This document shows positions 1-8,322 of a stretch of 44,569 nt of DNA, in pieces. The stretch's first letter is position 1, and each line of letters opens with the position of its first letter. Made by a program: the position numbers and the translations under genes. The stretch is from Escherichia phage SECphi4. The stretch is taken from sequence record MT331608; one strand, given 5' to 3'. The notes below the pieces were generated by a model. It saw only the letters and a program-made list of their open reading frames with translations. It was not told the DNA's origin and ran no database searches.

Positions 1-65
1 CCCGTCCTCGCCAGTGAGCACGACCATAGGCTGGACGTCCTGATCTGCGATGCCAAAATTAGCGG
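1..65. repeat. Terminal direct duplication, identical to 44505..44569 (circular permutation or assembly overlap)
   Basis: First 65 nt of the window recur exactly as the last 65 nt. Confidence 0.95.
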
Positions 66-438
66 CTTTGATCGTTTTACCGGGGGTAAGTGCGCCGCCT
101 GTTTTGACGGGCCAGCCTAAAAGGCTGTCGTATTGCGCTGCCGTTGTATCGATCTGAGTCTCGTCATGCACGGTCATGTAAGACTCGCCCAGCAGGGCGG
201 CATACGCCACCAGATCCACGATGTTATCTTCCTGGTGCTTACGGTGCTGGCGCACCAGCTTCAGGCAGATCAGGAAGGTCCAGGCTTCTTGCTCGGTAAG
301 GTCGCGCCCGGTAAGCGCGTTAAACACGGCAGCGATTTGTTTAGCGCTGCGTTCTTCTTTCGCGTTGTCATAGCCGTTTTCTTTCCCGCGCTGTTCCATA
401 GTGGTGGCGGCGTTTTTGCAGTATTCGTATGCTTTCAT
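1..438 (-). CDS. Hypothetical protein, 5' part (146 codons) of an ORF that continues across the window junction
   Basis: ATG at 436..438 with AAGGAA SD upstream; open to position 1 in a frame that continues exactly at 44504. Confidence 0.6.
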   Translation of the reverse strand, partial: MKAYEYCKNAATTMEQRGKENGYDNAKEERSAKQIAAVFNALTGRDLTEQEAWTFLICLKLVRQHRKHQEDNIVDLVAYAALLGESYMTVHDETQIDTTAAQYDSLLGWPVKTGGALTPGKTIKAANFGIADQDVQPMVVLTGEDG

Positions 439-479
439 GATGTGTTCCTTTCTAGAGGCCATATTGCCCCGACGCGTTA

Positions 480-509
480 ACTATAGTGCAACCAACCTAT
501 TGGTTGCAA
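480..509 (-). promoter_or_regulatory. Sigma70-like promoter (TTGCAA-N18-TATAGT) overlapping an inverted repeat TGCAACCAA/TTGGTTGCA
   Basis: -35 and -10 hexamers about 45 nt upstream of the ATG at 438; architecture recurs at 2384, 15227 and 25833. Confidence 0.45.
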
Positions 510-966
510 GTGAATTTTGCAACGTTTATTGCGTAAATTTTCGGAACCAGATCGCTGCACGCCCGACGAATTGCCGCGATGTTCTTCTCGCAATCTTCAA
601 TGATGACCAGTTCCGACACGTCCGCATAGCAGACCATTTTGAATACAGCGCACGCCTTAAACTCCGGCGGCGGGGTGTCGTCCAGCATGTGGCGCATAAA
701 CAACCGGCCTGTCGGGAATACTTCCAGTTGCTCGGCGGTAGTCTCCCAACATTCGCGCTGCAGGTTTGTCAGATACGCGATCTCGAAGCCTTGCTCTTTA
801 TACATGCTCAACAGCGGCAGCATATCCATGTTAAGGTCTTCGCGTACGTGCGATTTGTGCCACTTCGCCCAAAATGTTGATTTGGTTTTTATGCCGGGGA
901 CCAGTCGGCGCGCGCATCACTTGAACCATTAATAACACCATCCAGATCACAAATCAGTAGTTTCAT
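497..966 (-). pseudogene. HAD-superfamily 5'-nucleotidase-like gene split by a -1 frameshift (or sequencing indel)
   Basis: ATG at 964..966 encodes MKLLICDLDGVI (HAD motif I DxDG) and stops after 25 codons; the -1 frame is open from 916 to 497 and contains an LDD motif; frames overlap at a C4 run and GC repeat (892..916). Confidence 0.35.
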
Positions 967-1184
967 TTTAATTCCGCCATTAAATTTTCACGTACAATAC
1001 GGGACGAGAATGCGTCGCACACAAGATGGCAATGCGCCGTCATGACAAGCCAGCCAGTTAGGTCAAGGCCTAGCAATTGATGCGGTTGGCTTGCGCGCCT
1101 TACTTTATTTCCAGGGAAAACCTGGTAGCGTTTAATTATTTCATCCACGACGCGCGGACTGCGATCGACGACTAAGATATTCAT
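963..1184 (-). CDS. Hypothetical protein (73 aa)
   Basis: ATG at 1182..1184 preceded by GAAGGAG SD; overlaps the 3' end of the Dam-like gene. Confidence 0.45.
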   Translation of the reverse strand: MNILVVDRSPRVVDEIIKRYQVFPGNKVRRASQPHQLLGLDLTGWLVMTAHCHLVCDAFSSRIVRENLMAELK

Positions 1185-1650
1185 ATAATTCTCCTTCACT
1201 CATTATCTCGATTTGTGCGCTGCCGTTTGGCGGCACTTCTTCAAAGATTATCAATTGCTGACACTTGTTGTTACTCGGCCCGACCTTACCGGTGACGGCG
1301 TGTATAAACCGGATCCGCCAGTCCAGCAAAATGATCAGGTTGGCGGTTTGCCTTGCCAGTTTGGCCCACTTCGTGGTCGTATCTTGGTTGAGCAACATTA
1401 CCGTCTTACGCCCCTGCGATGCGCAAGTCACCCACGGCAGCGGGTCGGAATACGGCGGATTGCACCACTTCCACCCGTTTAACTCTGACCAGTCAGCATC
1501 AAGCGCGCTGTGCTCTTTCGTGAAATAGCGCGGTAGCAAATGGTTGTGGTCGCTCGCCGCCATGTCGTAGCGGAATTTAAACGCCTTGCGCAGCGGTTTA
1601 AATAAAGCTGGCGGCGTGCGCCAGCTATCTTTTTGCTCACTCTTCTGCAT
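1141..1650 (-). CDS. DNA N6-adenine methyltransferase (phage Dam family)
   Basis: WRTPPALF N-terminal motif and catalytic NPPY tetrapeptide in a 169-aa ORF. Confidence 0.85.
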   Translation of the reverse strand: MQKSEQKDSWRTPPALFKPLRKAFKFRYDMAASDHNHLLPRYFTKEHSALDADWSELNGWKWCNPPYSDPLPWVTCASQGRKTVMLLNQDTTTKWAKLARQTANLIILLDWRIRFIHAVTGKVGPSNNKCQQLIIFEEVPPNGSAQIEIMSEGELYEYLSRRSQSARRG

Positions 1651-2095
1651 GGTCGGTATCTATCGCATACAGGGCAATTTTCTTACCACTGTTTAGAACG
1701 CGTTGCAGGCGCTTTGCCCCCTCGACGCTAAGCGGTCGGCAATCGGAGTAGTAGCTGCCGTTTGCGCGCCACGCCATAAGCACCAGGTCTTTTCTGTCGA
1801 TCTTAGACTGGCGACCTTTGGGGCGCACGTACTCCTCGGCCCGTTTGCAATGCTCGCGCAGACCTTCGGCAGTGATGCGGTTTAGTGCAACGCTGGTTGT
1901 GTATCCGGTGCGCTGCATAATCCCCATCAATTTGAAAAGCAGTTCGAAACGCTCCTCTAGCTCCTTGCGGACCTTCTCTTCACCTTCATAGCTTGCAAGA
2001 TAGGTGTTAGCCAGCGCGGTAGCGCCTTCTGCTTTCTCGCGTGCTTCAAGACACTGCGCTACCCAGTACGCTTTTTCTTCTTGTAAAATTTTCAT
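1637..2095 (-). CDS. Hypothetical protein with C-terminal resolvase-like HTH
   Basis: 152-aa ORF with strong AAGGAG SD; C-terminal segment resembles Hin/resolvase HTH_7 pattern. Confidence 0.45.
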   Translation of the reverse strand: MKILQEEKAYWVAQCLEAREKAEGATALANTYLASYEGEEKVRKELEERFELLFKLMGIMQRTGYTTSVALNRITAEGLREHCKRAEEYVRPKGRQSKIDRKDLVLMAWRANGSYYSDCRPLSVEGAKRLQRVLNSGKKIALYAIDTDHAEE

Positions 2096-2337
2096 TAGTT
2101 AATCTCCTTCCTGCGAATTTCTTTGCGAGGTATAAATTTGCCGTCCATTTCAACCCAGCAAGTGCCATAGCGCCACTGGGTGTTACGACCTGTTAGCTCT
2201 GCGTAGACAATCCGGCATTCATATTTATCGAGGTTATACGTGCAGGAAATCGGCAGCAGGAGACAAAAGAATAAGAACAGCACCAAACACACCCAAAAAC
2301 GTAAATCACCGTCGTCGTCAAAAAAGAATCGTTTCAT
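2095..2337 (-). CDS. Small membrane protein
   Basis: 80-aa ORF with one hydrophobic helix (CLVLFLFFCLLLPI); GAGGA SD. Confidence 0.5.
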   Translation of the reverse strand: MKRFFFDDDGDLRFWVCLVLFLFFCLLLPISCTYNLDKYECRIVYAELTGRNTQWRYGTCWVEMDGKFIPRKEIRRKEIN

Positions 2338-2383
2338 TGTTAAATCCTCATATTAAAAAAGGGCGTTCCCTTCGGACACCCTC

Positions 2384-2412
2384 AATATAATGCAACCAAT
2401 CTAACTATGCAA
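2384..2412 (-). promoter_or_regulatory. Sigma70-like promoter (TTGCAT-N17-TATATT) with two direct ATTGGTTGCA copies
   Basis: Motif copies at 2391..2400 and 2408..2417 on the complementary strand, upstream of the gene starting at 2337. Confidence 0.45.
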
Positions 2413-2417
2413 CCAAT

Positions 2418-2741
2418 TTACGCATAAAAATTCGGGTCGCGCGCGACGTCTACCAGGTAAAGGTTGCTCATGCGGTTGCCGTAGTGCCCTGGTGTGCGCT
2501 GGCGGCACACAACGGCGAAGCCTGGGGGGATTGTATTGCCAGTCTCAATAATCCACGCCACGCGCGCCCCCGATAGAGTTTTGCCGTTGCATTCGATACG
2601 TGTGCCACCATCGGCAGTATTGATGTTGCCAATTTTGCAGCCGGTGGACTTCAGACGAATGACGCCGGTTTTGCTGTCGTAGGAAAAAAGCTGATTGGTC
2701 ATTGCCACTGAAAAGTCGATGGCGTCGAATGCAGTATTCAT
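2418..2741 (-). CDS. HNH-like protein with apparently degenerate catalytic residues
   Basis: 107-aa ORF resembling phage HNH_3 layout but with conserved His positions replaced; GAGGAAAA SD. Confidence 0.35.
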   Translation of the reverse strand: MNTAFDAIDFSVAMTNQLFSYDSKTGVIRLKSTGCKIGNINTADGGTRIECNGKTLSGARVAWIIETGNTIPPGFAVVCRQRTPGHYGNRMSNLYLVDVARDPNFYA

Positions 2742-3433
2742 TTTAAATTTTCCTCGTTAACCGCTATCGCGAAGCCGCACGGGGTGAGCGACCTGATTAA
2801 TTTGGTGTGGGCAGATTTGCCTCCGAGGCGACTATACTGCTTCGAGTACCCTTTTTCAACGAAAACAGGTTTCTTCTCTGGCATACGGAAGCCGTTGCCG
2901 GTCCATAAGCAGGTCAGCTTCGGATATGAATCGCGGGCGTTGATGTATTCCGGGAATAGCGGGTGTACGTCATCCTCCGGCAGATATCCGCCATACTCCC
3001 ACGGGTCAAACGAGTGGTCCGGCTTACGCCATTGAGTGGAGAGCACGCTGCGCGGATTCTCAATCATATATGGCACTTCAAAGAAATCACCCAGGTAAGC
3101 GGCGATCTTAGCGGTGCGCACCGCCTTAAGCTGGAAGGCAGGGTCGCGGGCGCGTTTGCGCGGGAAAGCGGGCGCGCCACTCACCGCCAGATCCGTACAC
3201 GGCGGGAATGCGTATATGATATCCGGCGTGCCGAAATCACCATTCATCGCGCGGTCCACGAAGTCCAGACCGATAAACTCATTACGATATCGAATGCCAC
3301 GACCATAGATCCGGTAGTCCAGGTACGACCCGTGATCGGCTCCGGAGTAGTTGAAGCAATAACACTTATGCCCCATCTCGGCAGCACGTTCAATCATCAA
3401 GCCGCTGCCGTCAAATAATGACCAGATAATCAT
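2738..3433 (-). CDS. DNA cytosine-C5 methyltransferase-like protein
   Basis: FDGSG (motif I-like), FPPC (motif IV-like, catalytic Cys) and ENP (motif VI-like) in a 231-aa ORF. Confidence 0.65.
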   Translation of the reverse strand: MIIWSLFDGSGLMIERAAEMGHKCYCFNYSGADHGSYLDYRIYGRGIRYRNEFIGLDFVDRAMNGDFGTPDIIYAFPPCTDLAVSGAPAFPRKRARDPAFQLKAVRTAKIAAYLGDFFEVPYMIENPRSVLSTQWRKPDHSFDPWEYGGYLPEDDVHPLFPEYINARDSYPKLTCLWTGNGFRMPEKKPVFVEKGYSKQYSRLGGKSAHTKLIRSLTPCGFAIAVNEENLK

Positions 3434-4854
3434 TTGCGCGCCTTTTTAGCTTTCATGTATTCCATTAAATCGTCCTGAATGTCTCGCTTACTGTCGCGAC
3501 GCTCCGCGACCAGTTCGTCCAGTGTGCCGCGCGCCTGGATAATGTAGACGAATACAGGACGAGGGTGTCCGGCTTGCATCTGGCGAACTGGCCCGATACG
3601 CTCCACGATCTGCGCAAAGTGCTCATAGTTCCAGGTGTCTGAGAAGATAGCAAGGTGGTGTCCGCCATCCTGCAAGTTAAGGCCGTGACCCGCCGATGCC
3701 GGGTGTGCGAACATGATGGGGATCTCGCCCCTGTTCCACGCTTCCATATCCTTATTGCCTTGCTTACCCTTACCCATCGCTACGCCGTGAGGGAATTTCT
3801 TCTTAAGACGTGCCAGATCATGCTTGTACTGGTATGCGACGAGCAACGGTGCTCCGTTCAACTCCTCCACGATACTTTCCAGCGCGTCCAGCTTAGCGTC
3901 GTGAATTTTAACCCATTCGTCGGTGCGCTCGCCGTCTTCGTCCACCTTATACACGGCCCCCGAAGCAAGCTGAAGGCACTTAATAGTCTTCGAAGCAGCG
4001 TTCGCCGCCTCCACCGTTCCGCTCTCCAGTTCGGCAAATAGCTCCGCTTCGAACTGGTCATAAATCTTGCGGGCTTTCTTCGGCAGGTCCACAACAACCG
4101 GCGTATAGATCGGCTTGTCACACCCGAAGTATTCAGCCGCGTCAACTGTTAGCGACACGTCGGACAGGCGTTGTTGGATTTCTTTCTCGGAGTTCTTAAG
4201 CGGGGCGTGCTGCATAGTGAAGCTGCCAGGCTTAACAGGCTTGCTAATAAACCAGCGATCAGTGAATGCCTTATAACTACTGCCGAGGCGTTCGCCCCCG
4301 TCGACAAACCACGTCTGGCCCCATAGGTCTTTCAGCCCGTTTGGTGCGGGGGTTCCTGTCAGGTTAATCCAGCGCTTGACGTGCTTATGTGCGATCGCAG
4401 CCAGCGCACGGGCGCGCTTACTCCCCTGCTTGCTTCGATAGCCTTTCAGCTTAGTCGATTCATCGGCAACCACGACCGTAAAGGGCCACTCGTCGCCGCA
4501 ATACTCGACGAGCCACTCAACCACATCATAGTTAACACAAACCACGTTAGCGTCGCTCTCAAGCGCAGCGATGCGGTCCTTCTCCGACCCGGTGCCGTCT
4601 ACTACCAGCAGGGCTGGGAAGCGCCATTTTTCCTGTTCCGGGGGCCATGTGCCAGATGCAACGCGCAGCGGGGCCAGCACCAGTACGCGGTCCTCCTGAT
4701 TGGACAGGATGCCGGTCTGGAACATTTTATTCAGCGCCCACATGGTCGCGCCAGTTTTACCCGACCCCATTGTCGCCCATATATTGCATCGCTTATGCTT
4801 GAGGATGAACGCGGTTATCAACTTCTGATATTCGCGACGTCGGAAACGTGCCAT
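3430..4854 (-). CDS. SNF2/DEAD-like helicase
   Basis: Walker A GSGKTG and DExx box VVADE; start set at the internal ATG (MARFRRREYQ) to avoid overlap with the upstream gene. Confidence 0.8.
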   Translation of the reverse strand: MARFRRREYQKLITAFILKHKRCNIWATMGSGKTGATMWALNKMFQTGILSNQEDRVLVLAPLRVASGTWPPEQEKWRFPALLVVDGTGSEKDRIAALESDANVVCVNYDVVEWLVEYCGDEWPFTVVVADESTKLKGYRSKQGSKRARALAAIAHKHVKRWINLTGTPAPNGLKDLWGQTWFVDGGERLGSSYKAFTDRWFISKPVKPGSFTMQHAPLKNSEKEIQQRLSDVSLTVDAAEYFGCDKPIYTPVVVDLPKKARKIYDQFEAELFAELESGTVEAANAASKTIKCLQLASGAVYKVDEDGERTDEWVKIHDAKLDALESIVEELNGAPLLVAYQYKHDLARLKKKFPHGVAMGKGKQGNKDMEAWNRGEIPIMFAHPASAGHGLNLQDGGHHLAIFSDTWNYEHFAQIVERIGPVRQMQAGHPRPVFVYIIQARGTLDELVAERRDSKRDIQDDLMEYMKAKKARK

Positions 4855-4858
4855 ATCT

Positions 4859-5077
4859 TTATTCCGCCTTTTTCCAGACTTCGGTTTCACTGTTCCAGTT
4901 CCTTTTTGTGGCGTCGTAGTTGGTGCTGTGCCCGATGTGTACACCCGTCGCCCGGAAGCTCTTAAATTTTTGCCAGCACACCGTCAACGGCAGCGGGTAA
5001 TTCATGCCAGCGATAAACCATACGCGATCGCCTGGTTTGCATTCGCCCAGTGTGGTGAGTCGGTAGTGTTCTTTCAT
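4859..5077 (-). CDS. Hypothetical protein
   Basis: ORF with GGGAGAC SD 8 nt before the ATG at 5075..5077. Confidence 0.45.
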   Translation of the reverse strand: MKEHYRLTTLGECKPGDRVWFIAGMNYPLPLTVCWQKFKSFRATGVHIGHSTNYDATKRNWNSETEVWKKAE

Positions 5078-5120
5078 CGTCATGTCTCCCAAAAATGGCG
5101 GGACAAGCCCGCCGTATTAA

Positions 5121-5294
5121 TTATTTTTGCGCTGCGCGGTAGCGGCGCTGCCGTTCACGCTCTTTCTTATTGCGACACGATTTGCACTCGGCACGATACC
5201 CATCGGGGCTGCGCGCAGTTTTGCCGGTGTATTTGTGGAACTGGGATAGCGGCTTGACGCAACCGCAATTACTGCAACGTTTTTCTTCAATCAT
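5121..5294 (-). CDS. Small zinc-ribbon protein
   Basis: 57-aa ORF with CxxC...CxxC cysteine pairs; GAGGA SD. Confidence 0.45.
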   Translation of the reverse strand: MIEEKRCSNCGCVKPLSQFHKYTGKTARSPDGYRAECKSCRNKKERERQRRYRAAQK

Positions 5295-5334
5295 TTCTAA
5301 AATCCTCGGTATAGCTAACCTGCTCACTATACTG

Positions 5335-5613
5335 TTAAGCGACCAATTCAGCAACCAATAAATCACAGTCAGCTATGTTGTCAATGACGCGAACGTCCGC
5401 ACCGCGGCGGGCCATCCGCTCATGTTCTCGCACCTGGTGCGGCTTCGGTTTGCCTCCGGGGCGCTTCACTTCGACGAAAACTATTCTGCCGTTGATGATG
5501 ATAATCAGATCGGGCGCACCTGCGCGCCCCTCCCAGGCCACTTTGCGGCAGAATCCGCCGACGGCTTTCACCAGTTTCATAAGGTGACTTTGGATCTTGC
5601 CTTCTGGTGTCAT
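5335..5613 (-). CDS. VRR-NUC domain nuclease
   Basis: PDLIIIINGRIVFVEVK PD-(D/E)XK core typical of VRR-NUC; translationally coupled (ATGA overlap) to the upstream gene. Confidence 0.8.
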   Translation of the reverse strand: MTPEGKIQSHLMKLVKAVGGFCRKVAWEGRAGAPDLIIIINGRIVFVEVKRPGGKPKPHQVREHERMARRGADVRVIDNIADCDLLVAELVA

Positions 5614-5801
5614 TTAGTTTGCAATTCCACGTTACGCAGACGAAGGTCCACCGGTATATCCGATCGCCCGGTTAGCGCCAGCGCCAGGTTTTCAGGCGTG
5701 ACAAGTGCCGTAATGGTCTTGCCACGTTCCAGTCTAATGACGATTCGAATCTCGTCGTTTTCCGCCGCGCCAGCGCGCATAATGCTCATTTCTGCTTTCA
5801 T
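5610..5801 (-). CDS. Hypothetical protein
   Basis: 63-aa ORF with AGGAAG SD; located between the polymerase and VRR-NUC genes. Confidence 0.45.
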   Translation of the reverse strand: MKAEMSIMRAGAAENDEIRIVIRLERGKTITALVTPENLALALTGRSDIPVDLRLRNVELQTK

Positions 5802-5805
5802 AATC

Positions 5806-8097
5806 TTACTTCCTGTATCTGTACATAATGTCGCCTTCGGCGGCAAGGGGGAAGCCTTTCGCCCAAATAGGCAGGTCGCACATCAGCGCGCAAAGCTCCT
5901 CGGTCGTGTAGTCGTCGGTGTCCGGCACTTCTGTGATCAATTCATCATGCACCGATAGAACGATTTCATAGCCCGCAGCTTCAACGCCAGGCATGGACCA
6001 TGCGAGAATATCGCGGCACAACGCCTGTACGATGTTCTCCGTCAGTTTGCCGCCGTAGGTGTACTGGAACCCCCACTGGCGCGTCGTATGATTCTCGCCC
6101 TGATATTTAATGCGTGTGCTGGTGCGCTTCTTGCCGGTGTCCTCGTCAATCTCTGTCGTGACAGACAGCGCGATGCCGGGGTAGCTCATGATGCGCCCCG
6201 ACGGCAACTCAATTTTCAACCACCACCCAGCGGCGTTCGGGTCGTCGCGCTCCTCGTCAAAGGTTGGGTCGTGCTTCGCCTTCGTACGGACAATCTTGAG
6301 CGCTTTTCTACCGTCCGGGCGAACGTTCGCGCCAGCCCAGTATGCTTTACCCGGATTGCGGATTGCACACAACACCGCGTCCTCAAGCTCGGCCCAAAAG
6401 GCTACCGTCTTCGGGTGAGCCTCACGCCACATACGTTTGATTGCGTCACAAGTAAGCCATACGTTTTTCGGCAGTATGTATGTTGGGCGCTCGTCCTTCT
6501 TGCCCGGCTTCGGCGGGCGCTTCGCTTCGTTAATGCGAGCGTACTCATAACCACGTTTCGCCGCCGCCCAAATGTGATCGGGGAATGTGCCCTTCATCAC
6601 GTCTGCCATAGTGTAAAGGTCAAGGCCCAGGTTTTTAGCGAACTGCAAAAACGCGGCAACGCCGCCACCATAGCCCAGTCCCAATTCGCACGCCTTACCA
6701 ATCTGGCGTAAGTCCTTGCGGTTGGCTTTAATGTAATCCGGGTCAAGGCCGAACATCTTACCGGCAGTCTCGCAATAGATATCGCGACCGGCCTTAAAGA
6801 CCATTAACGCTGTTTTCTCGCCAGCGATCCAGGCAAGGCCGCGCCCTTCCACGTTGGAGTAGTCAGCTACGACAAACTTCTTGCCCTTTGCAGGGATGAT
6901 GCACCCGCGAACGGTAGAGGCGGTCAGCTTCGATATGTCATACGCCCAGTGCGCTGTCCCACGTAACAGGGAGTTGATGCCGTTGGTGAGCATGTGCGAC
7001 CTGACCCAAAAAGCGACGTCGCTCTCGCCTTCGCGGCGCTTAATCTTCCCTTCGTTGTCGTCGCTGTACTCGCCACGCGCTAGGTTTTGAGGTTGGAAGC
7101 CTTTACCGGCCCAGCGTAGCGTGCGCTTTGCCCCACCATACTGAAGACAACCCCGGCGGCGACCATCGGCAGACAAGCCATTGACGAGCGGATTGTATTT
7201 AGTCGATGCCGTTGATGACGCCCCGAGGCGCATTTCGATAAGCGCTTTGCCCTCGTCCGGGAAGTCTGGGTCTTCCAGTAGGTCGTTTAGCGTGGATTTC
7301 TGCGCGTTGTGTATTGTGAATGCTGGCGCAATATCACGCAGGATTGGCAGGAAGTCATTGCCGGTCAGCTTACCGCCAAATCGCTCCCAGGCTTCTTCCT
7401 TCAATTCTTCCTTATGCGCCTGCACCGCTCTGATCGCGGCGTTAGCCAGGTCAACGTCCACATAGAAGCCGCGGTCGTTAATCAACTGGTCTATAAGCAG
7501 GATTTCATCTTCCTTCGGAGTATTGCCCCAGTCCGGTATGCGCCAGTAGACTTCACGCATTGCGATAATATCCAGCGCGGCATAGCGCAGAAATTTGGCC
7601 CACTCTTCTGGGTGAGTCTCGCGAGTGTAGCGGCGGATTTTGTAGGTCTTAGGGGTAGGCTTACAGAACCGTTTGATCAGCGCCTTGCCCGCCTTATCCT
7701 TCGCATGCTCCGCGTCAACGCCCAGCACCTGGCATTGCATATCGAGGCTTCCGGGCAGCGCGTGGCGAAAGGCCATAATCATGGTATCTTCGATCTGGCA
7801 CACTGGCAGGTCAATGCCCCACTTCTCGCGAATGACCAGGCGGTCAAACAGAAGGCCGTTAGCCATCACGATTTTTGCTTTCTTGCGGGATACCTGGCGG
7901 AGCGCCTTGCGCAGTTCACGCGGCATTGTGGGGGATTCAGTGCAATCCCATGTCTGCACGCGGCCCTCGTCGATGGCGTAGGTGCAAATCATAATCTCGG
8001 TTGATGGGTGTTCTGCGTAGGCGTAAGCGCCGACTTTCTTCAGGTCCACATCGCTAAACGTCTCGGTGTCGAGAAACAGGCGTTCGAAGTATTTCAT
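5806..8097 (-). CDS. DNA polymerase I (family A) with N-terminal 3'-5' exonuclease domain
   Basis: 763 aa; Exo I motif FLDTET at the N-terminus; polymerase motif C LSVHDE near the C-terminus. Confidence 0.9.
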   Translation of the reverse strand: MKYFERLFLDTETFSDVDLKKVGAYAYAEHPSTEIMICTYAIDEGRVQTWDCTESPTMPRELRKALRQVSRKKAKIVMANGLLFDRLVIREKWGIDLPVCQIEDTMIMAFRHALPGSLDMQCQVLGVDAEHAKDKAGKALIKRFCKPTPKTYKIRRYTRETHPEEWAKFLRYAALDIIAMREVYWRIPDWGNTPKEDEILLIDQLINDRGFYVDVDLANAAIRAVQAHKEELKEEAWERFGGKLTGNDFLPILRDIAPAFTIHNAQKSTLNDLLEDPDFPDEGKALIEMRLGASSTASTKYNPLVNGLSADGRRRGCLQYGGAKRTLRWAGKGFQPQNLARGEYSDDNEGKIKRREGESDVAFWVRSHMLTNGINSLLRGTAHWAYDISKLTASTVRGCIIPAKGKKFVVADYSNVEGRGLAWIAGEKTALMVFKAGRDIYCETAGKMFGLDPDYIKANRKDLRQIGKACELGLGYGGGVAAFLQFAKNLGLDLYTMADVMKGTFPDHIWAAAKRGYEYARINEAKRPPKPGKKDERPTYILPKNVWLTCDAIKRMWREAHPKTVAFWAELEDAVLCAIRNPGKAYWAGANVRPDGRKALKIVRTKAKHDPTFDEERDDPNAAGWWLKIELPSGRIMSYPGIALSVTTEIDEDTGKKRTSTRIKYQGENHTTRQWGFQYTYGGKLTENIVQALCRDILAWSMPGVEAAGYEIVLSVHDELITEVPDTDDYTTEELCALMCDLPIWAKGFPLAAEGDIMYRYRK

Positions 8098-8264
8098 TGC
8101 TTTATCCTCACTACGGCGTCAGCGCTGCCGATCAGGGAGAAGATGCCGTCTGACAGGGCAATCTCTTCGCCGTTGTTGCGAATCTCGGCAACTGTGAAAT
8201 ATTCCCCCAGTAGCTTAGACCATACTTTCATCCCGACTTTTACTTCGCTGGCTTTAATACGCAT
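8094..8264 (-). CDS. Small hypothetical protein
   Basis: 56-aa ORF whose stop overlaps the polymerase start (ATGA). Confidence 0.35.
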   Translation of the reverse strand: MRIKASEVKVGMKVWSKLLGEYFTVAEIRNNGEEIALSDGIFSLIGSADAVVRIKQ

Positions 8265-8276
8265 TTTTCATTGTCC

Positions 8277-8304
8277 TATTAAAAAGCCCGCATTAAGCGG
8301 GCTT
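8277..8304 (-). terminator. Rho-independent terminator downstream of the SSB gene
   Basis: 8-bp GC-rich stem AAGCCCGC/GCGGGCTT with 5-nt loop followed by a U run on the minus strand. Confidence 0.55.
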
Positions 8305-8322
8305 GAATAGTGGGCTTTGCCC

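Noticed and set aside
133-932. Plus-strand ORFs 133..480, 401..880 and 639..932
   Set aside because: They lie antisense to better-supported minus-strand genes (junction ORF, HAD-like locus), lack SD sequences and have low-complexity or Cys/Arg-rich translations typical of shadow ORFs
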